Source of the DNA: Rhina ancylostomus
Lineage: Eukaryota
Assembly (NCBI GenBank): GCA_030265395.1
Contig: JARFYF010000036.1
Location: 15,659,299-15,723,298, forward strand
Direction of reading: 5' to 3'
DNA length: 64,000 nucleotides
Position numbers and translations under genes: made by a program. Of this stretch, positions 1 through 11,754 are shown one piece after another. The notes beneath the pieces are model-generated. The model did not search any database, had not been told where the DNA came from, and worked only from the letters and a program-made list of their open reading frames with translations. Positions within the stretch are counted from its first letter, which is position 1. Each line of letters opens with the position of its first letter.

Positions 1-890
1 CTTTCCATATTTTCCCAATCTGTCAAACAAGTCTTTCTGCAGACTCCCTGCTTCCTCAACATCACCTCTCCCTCCATCTATCTTTGTATCATCTGCAAAC
101 TTGGCCACAAAGCCATTAATTCCATCATCCAGATCATTAACGTGTAACATAAGAAGTAGTGGACCCATGGGGAAGACCACTAGTCACTGGCAGCCAACCA
201 TAAAAGAACCCCTTTATTTCCACTCTTTGCCTTCAGCCGGTCAGCCAATCTTCAGTCCATGTTAGTACCTTTACTGTAATACCATGGGCTTTTATCTTGT
301 TTAGTGGTCTCATGTATGGCACCTTGTCAAAGGCCTTGTGAAAATTCAAGTAAACAACGTCCACCGACTCTCCTTTTGTATATCCTGCTTGTTAAATCCT
401 CGAAGAATTGCAATAGATTTGTCAAGCAAGACCTTCCCTTAAGGAATCCATGTTGAATTCGGCCTACTTTATCATGTGCTTCCAAGTATTCCAAAACCTC
501 ATCCTTAATAATGGACTCTGGAATCTTACCAACCACTAAAGTCAGGCTAACCAGCCTATAATTTCCTTTCTCCCTCAAAGAATGCAGTGACATTAGTGAT
601 TTTTCCATTCCTCTGGGACCATGCTTGACTCTAGTGATTCTTGAAAGATCCCTACTAATGCCTCCACAGTCTCTTCAGCTACCTCTTTCAGATCCCTGGG
701 GTGTAGTCCATCTGGTCCAGGTAACTTATCCACCTTCAGACCTTTCAGCTTCCCAAGCACCTTCTCCTTAGTAATAGCAACTACACTCATTTCTGGAATG
801 TTGCTGGTGTCTTCCACAGAGAAGACTGATGCAAAATACTTAGTCAGTTCATCCGCCATTTCTTTGTTCCCCATTAATACTTCTCCAGCG
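1..890 (-). mobile_element. CR1-clade LINE ORF2 (reverse transcriptase) fragment, degenerate
   Basis: Minus-strand translations include LTKYFASVF, KLPGPDGLHPR.LKE, NYRLVSLTLVVGK and QHGFLKGRSCLTNLLQFFE, broken by frameshifts. Confidence 0.92.
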
Positions 891-983
891 CCATTCATGG
901 AGTGTTGTTGATACTGAATGTGGCTGCACTCATGTGCTCTTTCCCAATAACCTAGCAGAAGACCAACGTAGAGTATCTTCAAA

Positions 984-1135
984 GTCATAGGGTGATACAG
1001 CACAGGGCTCTTTGAACCATCGTCCATGCCAAGGAAATCCATATGATCACAGGGAGAACATGCAAATTCCACATGGACAGCACCATTGATCAAGATGCCA
1101 GATTTGTGAGGCAGCAGATGTACTGGCTGAACTAC
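984..1135 (-). mobile_element. Degenerate, internally deleted V-SINE (HE1-like) with CR1-type tail
   Basis: Reverse complement has the V-domain-like tggaatttgcatgttctccctgtg followed by a ccctgtgctgtat..ctatga tail. Confidence 0.65.
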
Positions 1136-4100
1136 TCTGATGCCCCTGGGAGATACAGATGGAATGGCTTCTGATGCTTTAGCCTAGAATCCACATGCTT
1201 GCTCGGTCATGCAGGAGTGTTTCTACCTGTTCACCATTGCTAACTCAGCTCAAAATTGTACTGCTAGAAGAATAATATACTAAAGGAACAGAAAAAGAGA
1301 AAGTCCTGTATGGAAAAGCAGACAAAGTGAAGGAGATGAGAGACAGACGGGAGGAGGAGTGAAGGGGGAGTGAAAGACACAGAAGTGAAGGTAAAAATGT
1401 TGTGGTCCGGTCACATTAAGGAGTACGTAATGCAGTGGGAGTTTTTAATCTGTCTTAGCAATAATGAACAGAGAGAGACACTCACACAGGACAAGGCAAA
1501 CATGCAGTGTTGAATCATAATTTCGCTTGACTCATATACATTTAACCACATGTGGCAGACTAAAAGATACAGATTCAGATTCAGAACATATGCTGGAGTC
1601 AGTTGTAGAGCAAGCATCTTTTATTACATTGGTTATGAAAAATATTTTATCATAAGTGTGTTATCCAGTCTTACACTGTTGCGTGATTGTTTTCTACATT
1701 TTCTTTAAACATTGATTGTGAACTTGTAGTCTTGTTCCTTTATCCTCCAATTTCCCTAACAAGTAGATGGTATGCAAATTGATTAATTGTGTGCTTTCTA
1801 AAATTGGAGCTGAAAATCTATGCAGGACAGAATTTTTTTTTGCTGAGCATGAGCTTTGTCTACCCAATTAATGATTTCATCTTACCATATGTCCTGTTCT
1901 GAGATTTAAGGTATAATCCAACTTGTGGCATTTCAGAATATGATTTTAGTAATTAGTGTATCAGCTTGGAATAGAAAGTTGGTCGACCAGGCAAGTGATT
2001 TAAGATTTTTAGTAACCGGATATTAATGTAGACTAGCATGTCAGTACTGACACTGAATGATGTATTGCAGGTATAGTCCATTGCACTTAGACACCTTTAT
2101 ACAGAATACTGAACAATGATTGTACACTAAGATGTGGCTTTCCACTGGAGCTATATGTTTCTGTTTCAAAAATGTAAGAGGATTCCAATAATTATCAATT
2201 TACTGTTATGGATAAAGTTAATGTCTTTGGTTCTACATTTCCAGGCAGGTTTACATGTTTACACACACTATAAAGTACAGGATAAAGAATAACATTCATA
2301 AACCTCAAGATCTGTTTGTTATTAGAGTAGCATTATCCTGACAGTTGCTGATTCAGACACAAATGATGCCTTAAAATTTTGTTTTAAAATCATTTTAATT
2401 GAACAATTAAAATGTTTACATATTGATGTTTAATCTTTCTCTAAAATGGCATAGGGAGGAGAAATGAAACAGCTTTAACAATTTTGCAGAAATTAGAAAT
2501 CTTTGGGACTGAGTTCAGTTGATATGTGAGCACATTTGGAGGGTTCACAGCCAAACACACAAAAAGTTTGTAATGCAAGTTTATGTAGATTGTTCCAGTT
2601 GATAAATCTTATGGTGATTATGATCAGTGAAATTAAGTGAGAGGTTAGGTGTGAAAGAACAGCTTGTTGAAGTTTGGATGGGCTGGATTTAGTTTCAGTT
2701 GGTGAGAGGTTGATGCTGTCGGAACCAGTATATCAAGTGGGTAGGGGAATTAAAGGTTATGGATATAATAGCACTTTAAACTTGAGAGAAAAAAACACAG
2801 TGGATTATTTTGCAGGTATTTGCTGGTGGAGAAATGCTTCACCTATAACTACAAGAGCATGAGGTAAAATTGCAAGTGGGCTGTCCCTAGAGCGCAAATT
2901 GGATTAAGAGCATGCAAGATCTATCTACACTAATGGTGAGGTCAGTTTCTCACCACTAGTACATACGTAGGACATGACAGTGCTTTAAAATTAACAGATT
3001 AACTGATACAAAGTTAACATTAGAAAAATTATACTTTGACATTGAATGTATCAGACTTTACAGTTTGAATTATTTTTCCTAGTTAGGATTTTGCATCTGT
3101 TAAACTGTTAAAGGGGTACAGGTACTAAATTTTGAAAAGCTGATTGATAACTTACATATTCATTGCTGATGAACTGAATTATTTTCTGGTTTGTGAATGT
3201 ATGTTGCATATTGGTGGCATGTAGACTGGATCTACATGAGACCTACTCACATGTTTGATGGTTCTATGGCTTGCAACAGTAGTGCCTGAATGAAGCTTTC
3301 AGTGGAGTAGGCTGAGCTCCTTTCACCTTGATGTTAATCTGAAGCACAATGGAGTGCACCAGCATTTAGCTTCTGCAAATGTAGCGGCTGCAGAAGAACA
3401 CGCTAATGACTTCCAATAAAATACAACAAGTTAAGGTGAATTTAGTTTAAAGTAGGCATAAATGGTTCCAATAAGAACACTACCATTTGAGTATACATCC
3501 TGATGAGTAAATACTACGATCGTTTCGGACAGTAGATTATCCATTTTAATGGAATCTGTTGTACTGAACATCTCTAGAAAGCCTTTAAATGGTGGTGAGG
3601 AAAGTAAACCTCAGGTTAATGATTCAGCCTGAAGGGAATACCTGGATTAGTGCTGATTTTCAGTTGCTGCTTTTGTTGTGGCTGGAGAACAGCTAATCTT
3701 TTCTATAACAGCAGACAACTTGGTTTACCTCAGTTTCATGAATATGCTTAAGGATAAATTTTTAACCTGATGGGACTGAGGGCCCCTTCACACACTAGGG
3801 TTTAATTCACCAATAAATTAAAAGAGCTGTTTCTGAGTTTACAGCAACACTGGATAAAGAACTGCACTTAATTTGGAGAGTGATCATGCCAGTTATAAAT
3901 TGCCGGGCAAGATTATTAAACAGACTTGAATTAATTAATTATTAATATTAATGTAGTCCACTTTAATGGTAATTTTACTTGTACCATGCTATATGTATTT
4001 TTTTCAGAAGCTTCAATTATTCCTAATAGATTTTCACTTCAGCTTTCAATTATTTTTATATATAATCATTTTTCAGGGACATCAATGCTTCAGAGTAGTA

Positions 4101-5019
4101 ATTTTTATTATCTATTATCAGCATCAGACAGTCTCAGGTTAGAATGCATTGCATGGGTTAAAAGAAGATTAAACTCAAGCTGCAAGTCTTCTGGTGATTA
4201 GAGCTAAGAACTACAATTCTGCTCAGGTACTAAATGAAAGCTGAACCCCACCTCTGCCAATCCAAGAACTTAACATTTTCCTAATACCCCCTTGACTGAA
4301 ACATTTAGTCAGGTTGGGCTCAAGTCAGGTAGCCAGGCTCATTACAGGTATCCATCTGTTACAATCTCGGCTGAATTCAATTAGTTATTTTAATCAGATT
4401 CTTTGCAGGAAGCTAAGTAGCACCTTTGTTCGATCGGCTGCATTTAGACCCAGGTCAAAGAGATAAAAGGATAATGAGATAGGACATGTCTCATTGAACC
4501 TTTATCTTTTACGTAATAACTTTTATATTATATTCTGTTTCTAATTGTTTTATTCTTTTCAATCAAATATTCATCTCGTTCAATTAAGTGTGTGTAACTC
4601 TGAGACAATTATACAGTGCATTTTCCACATATGTGAAGTAAGATGCATGTTGCACTGATTTAAATTAAGAAGTTCACCTGTACCAAGTTTACTTAAAGGC
4701 AGTATTTTTCCAACAGGTTGCATGCAGAGGTCTTACCTATTGTGGGCTTTGTACTGATTGAAGCATAATTGCAAACAATGGGTATTGGGTAGTTTCATGA
4801 TCAATAAACCATGGTTTTAATGCTAGAATAACAAAAAGGAATGATGGTTGGAGTATCATACTTGTGCAACTTGCCACTGCATTTTCATTGAAATATGCCT
4901 AAGCTAGAATATGGTATTTTGGAAACATTACTTAGACCTTGGGAAGAAGATTATAAGAAAGGCAGAATGACAGTGGTAATAGATTCTAGACCTGGGGTTC
5001 TTAGCAGCCATGACCAGGA

Positions 5020-5425
5020 ATTAGTACACTGCATCTCTGGCACCATGCTAAAAGTTGTCTTGACATGGATGGACAACCTTTGGAGAAAATAGAAGAGCTT
5101 TTAATAGAGTAATTTGGGAAAATAGTATTTCTGATGGTTGCGGCATGATGAGGCACAATCACCAATTTAAAGTCATTACAGATCAAATAAGGAGAGGGAC
5201 TGGGGGAAATTTCTTTTAGTAGAGAGTTACTGGAATATTTAATGATTAAAAGTGGTTGAGGGAGAAGCTATTGTCTTTTCGAGGGAAAAATAAAAACACT
5301 TTTGAACCTCAAAGTTGAACAGCAATGGGAAGAGGGCTAGGGAGTATTTCTGACTTGCTGCATAAAAGAGTGAACACACAAATGATTACTGATTGGCTTT
5401 CTGTGCTGTAAACTACTATGAGTTG
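5020..5425 (+). mobile_element. Old CR1 3'-end fragment
   Basis: Purine-rich body ending in tggctttctgtgctgtaaactactatga, like the other CR1 3' ends in the window. Confidence 0.5.
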
Positions 5426-8299
5426 CATTGTGCAGAAGCTTTTCATAATTCTCACCCTTGCCTAAGCATTTGATATTAATATCGGTAACAGAAGAGAGTA
5501 AAGGTAAAAGGTAGTGGAGAGATGTATAACAATGTTTGGAGCAAATTGCAATTGCAAGCACTTTTGTGAGCAGCTCAAACTGTGGTGTGTTTATAAGGAG
5601 TCTACTCAAGCAGGCCAGATCGCAGGACTCCTGATGCGCACATTTTATAGGGGTGAGGTTCATGCTGTGAATGGAGCCTTGCTTTGGCTCAGGGACCTGG
5701 TTTTTATAGTTGAACAATGTTAATAAGGCTTGTGCTTGTCTCTGCGGCAGCCTCATTCTGCCCCACAAAATTACATGCCACAAATGTGGCGCTTATTGAA
5801 ATGGGCCTGCAACCTCCCACATGGCTGTGGGATGCCCGAGGAGACTCACAAGATCAGCCGTGTGCTTGAAGATTTCCAAGATATGAACATAAAAATAGAA
5901 ATTTCCTTTGAAAATTAAGTTGAAATGCTGAACAGTTGCACTTTCAGTTTGGTACTGATTAAATAGAATTCTTTGTAGCCAAAATGTAAATCAAATGTTA
6001 CATTTCCAAAAATACCAAACTGCGACTATAATTACAGTTTCTTAAAATATACAGCATGTTGTGAATAATTTAAAATGAGTCATTGTATGGGACTTTTTGT
6101 GAAAAGAGTTAGAATCAGCTTCAATGCGATAGATTAACATGTTGCTTCAGACACTCTTAGTTTTCTATTTCAGCCAAATACAGGAATGTTTTGTAAAATT
6201 AGGTAAAATTTCACGGCAACTGAAAGTACAACATCGNNNNNNNNNNGTGAATTAATAACTGAATAGCAATACCTAATATAAATGATACAGTATTTTATAT
6301 TATAACCATATCAGCAAATGAATATTGAATCAAATATTATTTCAGTCTTCTACTCTGGCAGCAGGAAGTGCATGTTAAAGTTGCAACATCACTTTTGTCA
6401 GTTCACTATTACTCAAAACCATGGTACTGTATATTAAATCTGGCTGCACAAACTTTTGCAAAACTTCTTTGCTTTTATATTGGCATTTTTGACCATGAGT
6501 ATGCAAATTCTGAATGCAATCAAAGGAAGGTCATTTCTACAAGCCAGTTCCTCCATAGAAATAAGCAGTTAAGGAGTCTAGTTTCAAGACTCTTACATTA
6601 ATCTCAGTTTTTGATCTCCATGAAGTACTTTCTTTGACATATCAGTTGAATTTGGAGTCACAGCATTAATCATATTCAATTACATTGCTTATTAGTAAAT
6701 TATGATTTGGTTGCATAGAATTCAAGGCAGTTGCATTTTATATCCTTGAAATAGTTACCTAGAAATCCATTGGCTTAAGGCCAGTTGTATAAGAGTAACA
6801 CAGCAGAAATTTGGTCACTGGGGCTCCTTTATTGGTATTCAAAGTGGTAAACAATAATTGGAATTTGCACTTATGCTTGTTGGACACTTCTGCAAAACCA
6901 AGTTATCTCAGTCATGCAAGGAATATAGAGGGAGAATATGGGAGCAAGTGCTGCAAGTAATGAGGCAGGAGATGTTGATAGAGGATATAAGAATCATATT
7001 TTCATATTAGCTGCTCTTGAATTTCTTATAATATTGCAGCCCCATGGTGGGTATTAGGCTCTAGGCATTGGCCCCTTCCTTTCACCAAAGAAGGTGTTGG
7101 TTGGAAGGCTTTCTGCCTCTTTGGGCCAATAAAATCTCCCTTCCTCTGTCCACCCCTACATGACAGCCTGCAATTTGGCATCTGGATGGTCTATCTGGGC
7201 TTCTTCCTATCAATTTCCCAGATTCCCATGTTACCTGTATCCAGAAAGCACTTCTCTATAAGAGCTGCCAGCTACCTTCAACACTTGTTTGGGGTGCTTT
7301 TACTCTCTCCTCTTCACCCCCATTACACACACTACTCAATTAAACAGGATGGGTGCCACTGGTTGCACACCTGGATCACGGTAATAATGTCCTTGCACAA
7401 TTCATCTTGTCTCTACAACTGCGTAAAGTATTACCATCATCATGTGATGCAAACTCAGTTCCTTCTGATTCCAAGTCAGATGTAGATTGTTGAATGATGC
7501 TGATGCCTTTATGTGGAACTCTTGTCCCTTCCTTGTAGAGTCATTTTTACAAGGTGATTTTGCATAGATTAACCCAAGAGCAATTCATTTTCTATTATTT
7601 TGGGGTGGTATCTCTTAGTATGTATAGACAACATACATCTTCAACCTTCTATACTGTAATGCAAAATTTGTATTTATTATTGAACCTTGAAAATGTTATG
7701 AATTCATACTTTAAAAAAATGCTTTATGCAAACCACTTTTATCATATGAATACGGCCTGTTGGACAGTAACTGTTAACCCTCATGAAGGGCATAGAAGGA
7801 TGTTTTCATCACTGTTTCCTGACACACTGATTTTGTGTGCCCAGTAGTAATCCCAGTGTAAATTTTTCTGAATCACTGAATTCTCCAGAGGGAAAATACA
7901 AGATGATCTTGATAAAAGTGGATTAGTTAAATCCGTTACTCCTCTTCAATTATCTTTACAGTACTCAGTCAACTTTCCCATTAACTGGGCAAACTGAATG
8001 TACTGATGGAACCTAAGCTTCTGTATCGATGCACGGTATATATTGTCCTGATATTATACATTTGGGATATTATGAATTTGCTTCATGGTTTTGCAATCAC
8101 ACTGTCCACTGCCAGAATAGCATATTTATTGATCTATGCAGCAATCCATTTTTAAAACTATGGCAAGTTTATTTTGATCTGGTCACCAGATGCACAAGAA
8201 CAGCAGTGGAAGTTGGCCATAGGAGAAAATGAAAAAATGATATTTATTAAGATTTTTTGTAATTATGCATTCTTAACTATGTTCAAATATTTCTTTCAG

Positions 8300-8355
8300 A
8301 AGGACAACAGATATGGGAGGTAGAGGCAACAGTAGATAAAGATAAAAGTCAACCC
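8300..8355 (+). CDS. NFATC2: NFATC2 internal coding exon (56 nt), IPT/RHD-C domain: (E)GQQIWEVEATVDKDKSQP
   Basis: ttctttcag acceptor and CCC|gtaagt donor. Translation is nearly identical to the recalled vertebrate NFATC2 segment DGQQIWEMEATVDKDKSQP. Ends in phase 0, matching the next exon. Confidence 0.95.
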
Positions 8356-9094
8356 GTAAGTATGAAGCTAAAACGTTCTTTATGGTCAGATCTGCTGTGC
8401 ATGAGTGAAGGGAATCTGATGATAAGATTTTCCATAAACATTTAACAATAGAAAGATGGCTTAAGATATACTGATTGCTATTGACAAATATATGAACTCA
8501 AGGAAAAGTATCAGCAATGATAAAACACAATTCCATTCTATTCTGAATGCAATTAGTTTTATTCTTGCTTGTTACTACAATGATGAACCTATTTTTATAT
8601 AGGTGCAAATGAAGGAAACTGTGAACCTAATTTAGTCCATCCAAGAATTTTTCTCTCTCTAAACAGTCAAATGCTGCTTGACTGAAACTGAGCATTTTTC
8701 AGTTTTGTGAATTTTTATGAGAAAATTTCTCAGTCATTTTGAAACCTTGCATCTTCAGTTCTTAAGATGGTAGAACACCATTCCCACACCTTTGTTGATG
8801 CACTGATGTGAATAATGGGCATGAATCTGATGACCTGATTTTTAAACACTAAGAAATGAAAGGGGAGAAATTCACCCTTTGTCACTAATGCGAGATTGGA
8901 TGTGAGAGTTATCAGACCTCCAATCTACTCAGTTCCCACCTTCCTGATTCATTGATTTCACTTCATGGAAAGAAGCTGCCATTAATGTGGCAGCTGAGAA
9001 TTTCAATAATACATAAACCCTCTTTGTTGTATGTGGAGATTCCCATAATGACACAAGGATNNNNNNNNNNTATCTTCTGTTTCTTTCTGTTTAG

Positions 9095-9224
9095 AACATG
9101 CTGTTTGTTGAAATTCCACGTTATCGGAACCAGCATATTCGCACACCAGCCAAAGTGAACTTCTGTGTTGTTAATGGAAAAAGGAAGAGAAGCCAATCAC
9201 AGAAATTTACCTATCTCCCTACAG
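9095..9224 (+). CDS. NFATC2: NFATC2 internal coding exon (130 nt): NMLFVEIPRYRNQHIRTPAKVNFCVVNGKRKRSQSQKFTYLPT, including the KRKR NLS
   Basis: ttctttctgtttag acceptor and CAG|gtaaat donor. Contains the NFAT signature NGKRKRSQ. Phase 0 to phase 1 joins both neighbouring exons in frame. Confidence 0.96.
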
Positions 9225-10108
9225 GTAAATGACTCGAAGGGATGTCAGTGGACCTCTATTCCATAAAGTTTAGTGCATTTTAAACCACAACAGTACTTAA
9301 TTTCAGTCAGCATCAAATTGCTGGTTGGATGAAACATGTTGCCTTTCCTGCTTACACTAGGGTAAGGGGAAGAGAATCCCCTTGGAGGTTTATAATACAA
9401 CGATGATAGTTGCATCATGTCTCCAGGCCAACTCAATACTATAACATGTAATACTATAATATGTAATACTGGGATATAACATTTTAAGAATTTAGCAAAT
9501 GGCAAATGTTTAGAATAGAATATTCCAAACACTTGCCTGCCTGATGGAAATAGCCACACTGAAGAGAAATGCTGTATTGTTCAATGTAAGTTCTTTTATA
9601 AATAAAGTGCCATTTTTTGTTCGTTCAAGTAACTGGTTACCCTCCAGATTCTTAGTGAATGGATGAGAGAAAGATACTCAAACACATGCTGCCTGCCTGA
9701 CTCATGCGGAGTAAGGGAGGGAGGAAAATATTGCCCCAGGACTTGTATAATAAAGCAGCAGCAGTCTGAACCATGTCTCCAGGATAACTCAATACAAATG
9801 TTGCTATGATTGTTTTTAACTATCTCTGAAGCTTGAGGGAAAAGCCAAGCCACATTCAAACAAACACATATTGTGCATATTTTCTTCGTTAAGTGCATGA
9901 CTGGTTGGTTTTGCATGTTGCTAAGAGTAAAGAGGGAGGAAACTCCAACAATGGTTNNNNNNNNNNNNNNNNNNNNNNNNNNNNNNNNNNNNATTTAGTT
10001 GATTTATCTTAAAATTGATTTGGGTTGGTTGGAATCTTTAGAGAAAGTGAAGTATTTTTCTCACATTGTTAAAAACACCACAAGAAGAAAGGAATACCAC
10101 ATTTATAA

Positions 10109-10309
10109 CAACACACACAAAATGCTGGAGGAAGTCAACAGGTCAGGCAACATCTCTGGAGGAAAATGGAGAGTTGATGGTTCGGGCTGAGACCCTTCAC
10201 CAAATTTCGACTGTTCATTTCCCTGCATAGATGCTGCCTGACCCACTGAGTTCCTCCAGCATTTTGTGTGTGTTGCTCCAGATTTCCAGCATCTACAGGA
10301 TCTCTTGTG
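10109..10309. mobile_element. Penelope-derived palindromic (inverted-tail) element with a decayed hammerhead motif
   Basis: The arm caacacacacaaaatgctggagga...catct pairs with agatgctgcctgaccc...tcctccagcattttgtgtgtgttg. Same family as the copies at 29055 and 36280. Confidence 0.75.
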
Positions 10310-10764
10310 ACTACATTTATAACAGTTGAATACAGACTAATAGCTCAACACTGCAACTTTATGATGAAGAAGCTGAGGGCTCATACAGCTGTAAATGTGT
10401 TAGGCACAGTCGGCATTATTTATTTCCATTTTTGTCTTTTATTAAATAACTTTCCTGTTAGTGAAACATTTCAAATGAGTTCTGATTTGTAATCCGTTAC
10501 CTCATTTTGAAGATATGAGAGGGGTTCTGCAGAGGCACAAAGATCCAGTGCTCAAGGCAACTTAGTGACTTCCAGCTTCTTATGCTGGACTTCTTTATAG
10601 AAATGTACCCCATTTTCAGGACCAATAAAAGTACATTAGACTGCTTAAGTAACTAAAGATCATTTATGAGAGTGATCAGAACTGTTGAATTTGAATTACC
10701 TAAGAAGGGGTAGCACACTTAGCTATGGCTCTTCTGATATGAGTTTTCTTGAGTGGAATCCTGG

Positions 10765-10935
10765 ACTTAAACAGTCCCTTGGGATTGAGGATGACCTGCT
10801 TCAAGTCTGGTTCTGTGGATTCTGACAGGTGGAGCAAGAAGTGCCTGATGGGATGGCTGGGTGGGTGATTGTTAGGTGCTGCACTCCTTCCACCATTACA
10901 CAGGGTTTTTGCATACTCCCAATGGATGATCATAA
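10765..10935 (-). mobile_element. RTE-clade LINE 3' end fragment
   Basis: Reverse complement gtcatcctcaatcccaagggactg resembles the 3' end of the RTE copy near 54500. Confidence 0.5.
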
Positions 10936-11754
10936 GATTCTTATTGCCAAAATCAAATATATATTCTTTAATCCTATAGACTGAGTCTATACCTTGAAGT
11001 TGATGAAAGGTTTACAGTATGTTATTATTTTTCACTGATCTTGAAAAAGAGTATCTTAAAGTTTGAAGTAATGTATGCACATGGTAAAATAATCCCTTAA
11101 CCAATGCTTTCAGTGAAATCTCTTGCCTTAGAATTTGAAAGCTATATGCCCATGTTACAGGCATTAAGCATGATAGGGAGGAATTATACAATCATTATTG
11201 TGTTAATAAAATGCACCACCTGCTGTATTAGTATAATCAAAGAACAAGACATTCAGGCTTGTATCAATAGCAGGCTTTAGTATACTTGCACCTGAAAATA
11301 AAAGGCCTATCACCTGTTTAAGGGTCCTGAAGCACAGTTGGGTTGCCCTGAACATAGACAGCACTAAGGCCAGATGCAATCAGGGAGATCAGTCTTCCAT
11401 GCAGTCTAACAGTGATTCAAGAAAAATGATGCAAATTGCCAGCACAAAAGGAGATTGTTAAAGAAATGCATAGTTTAATGTGGAGGTAGGAGATGGAGAG
11501 TTGTTCTTTCTGGTTCCAAATTATAAACAAATGATTGTCAGGCACTATACAAGTCATTTCCTCACCTCACACCCACTCTTCCTCATTGTCTGCCTTTCCT
11601 TTCAAGCACTTAGCTGCACAGATTGATGTAAGCAAATATCTTGGTTTTTAAGGAACAAACTATTCAGTAAATGTTTTGTGACTACAGATTGCTTAGAAAC
11701 TATGTATGTTAATGAAGTCAATGCTAAGTATGTTTATTATGTGATTTATTTCAG

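Noticed and set aside
1815-1850. GGACAGAATTTT (GQNF), resembling the preceding NFAT exon motif
   Set aside because: Flanking codons do not match ELP..E or SKVVF.EK and there are no suitable splice sites. The upstream exon must lie outside the window.
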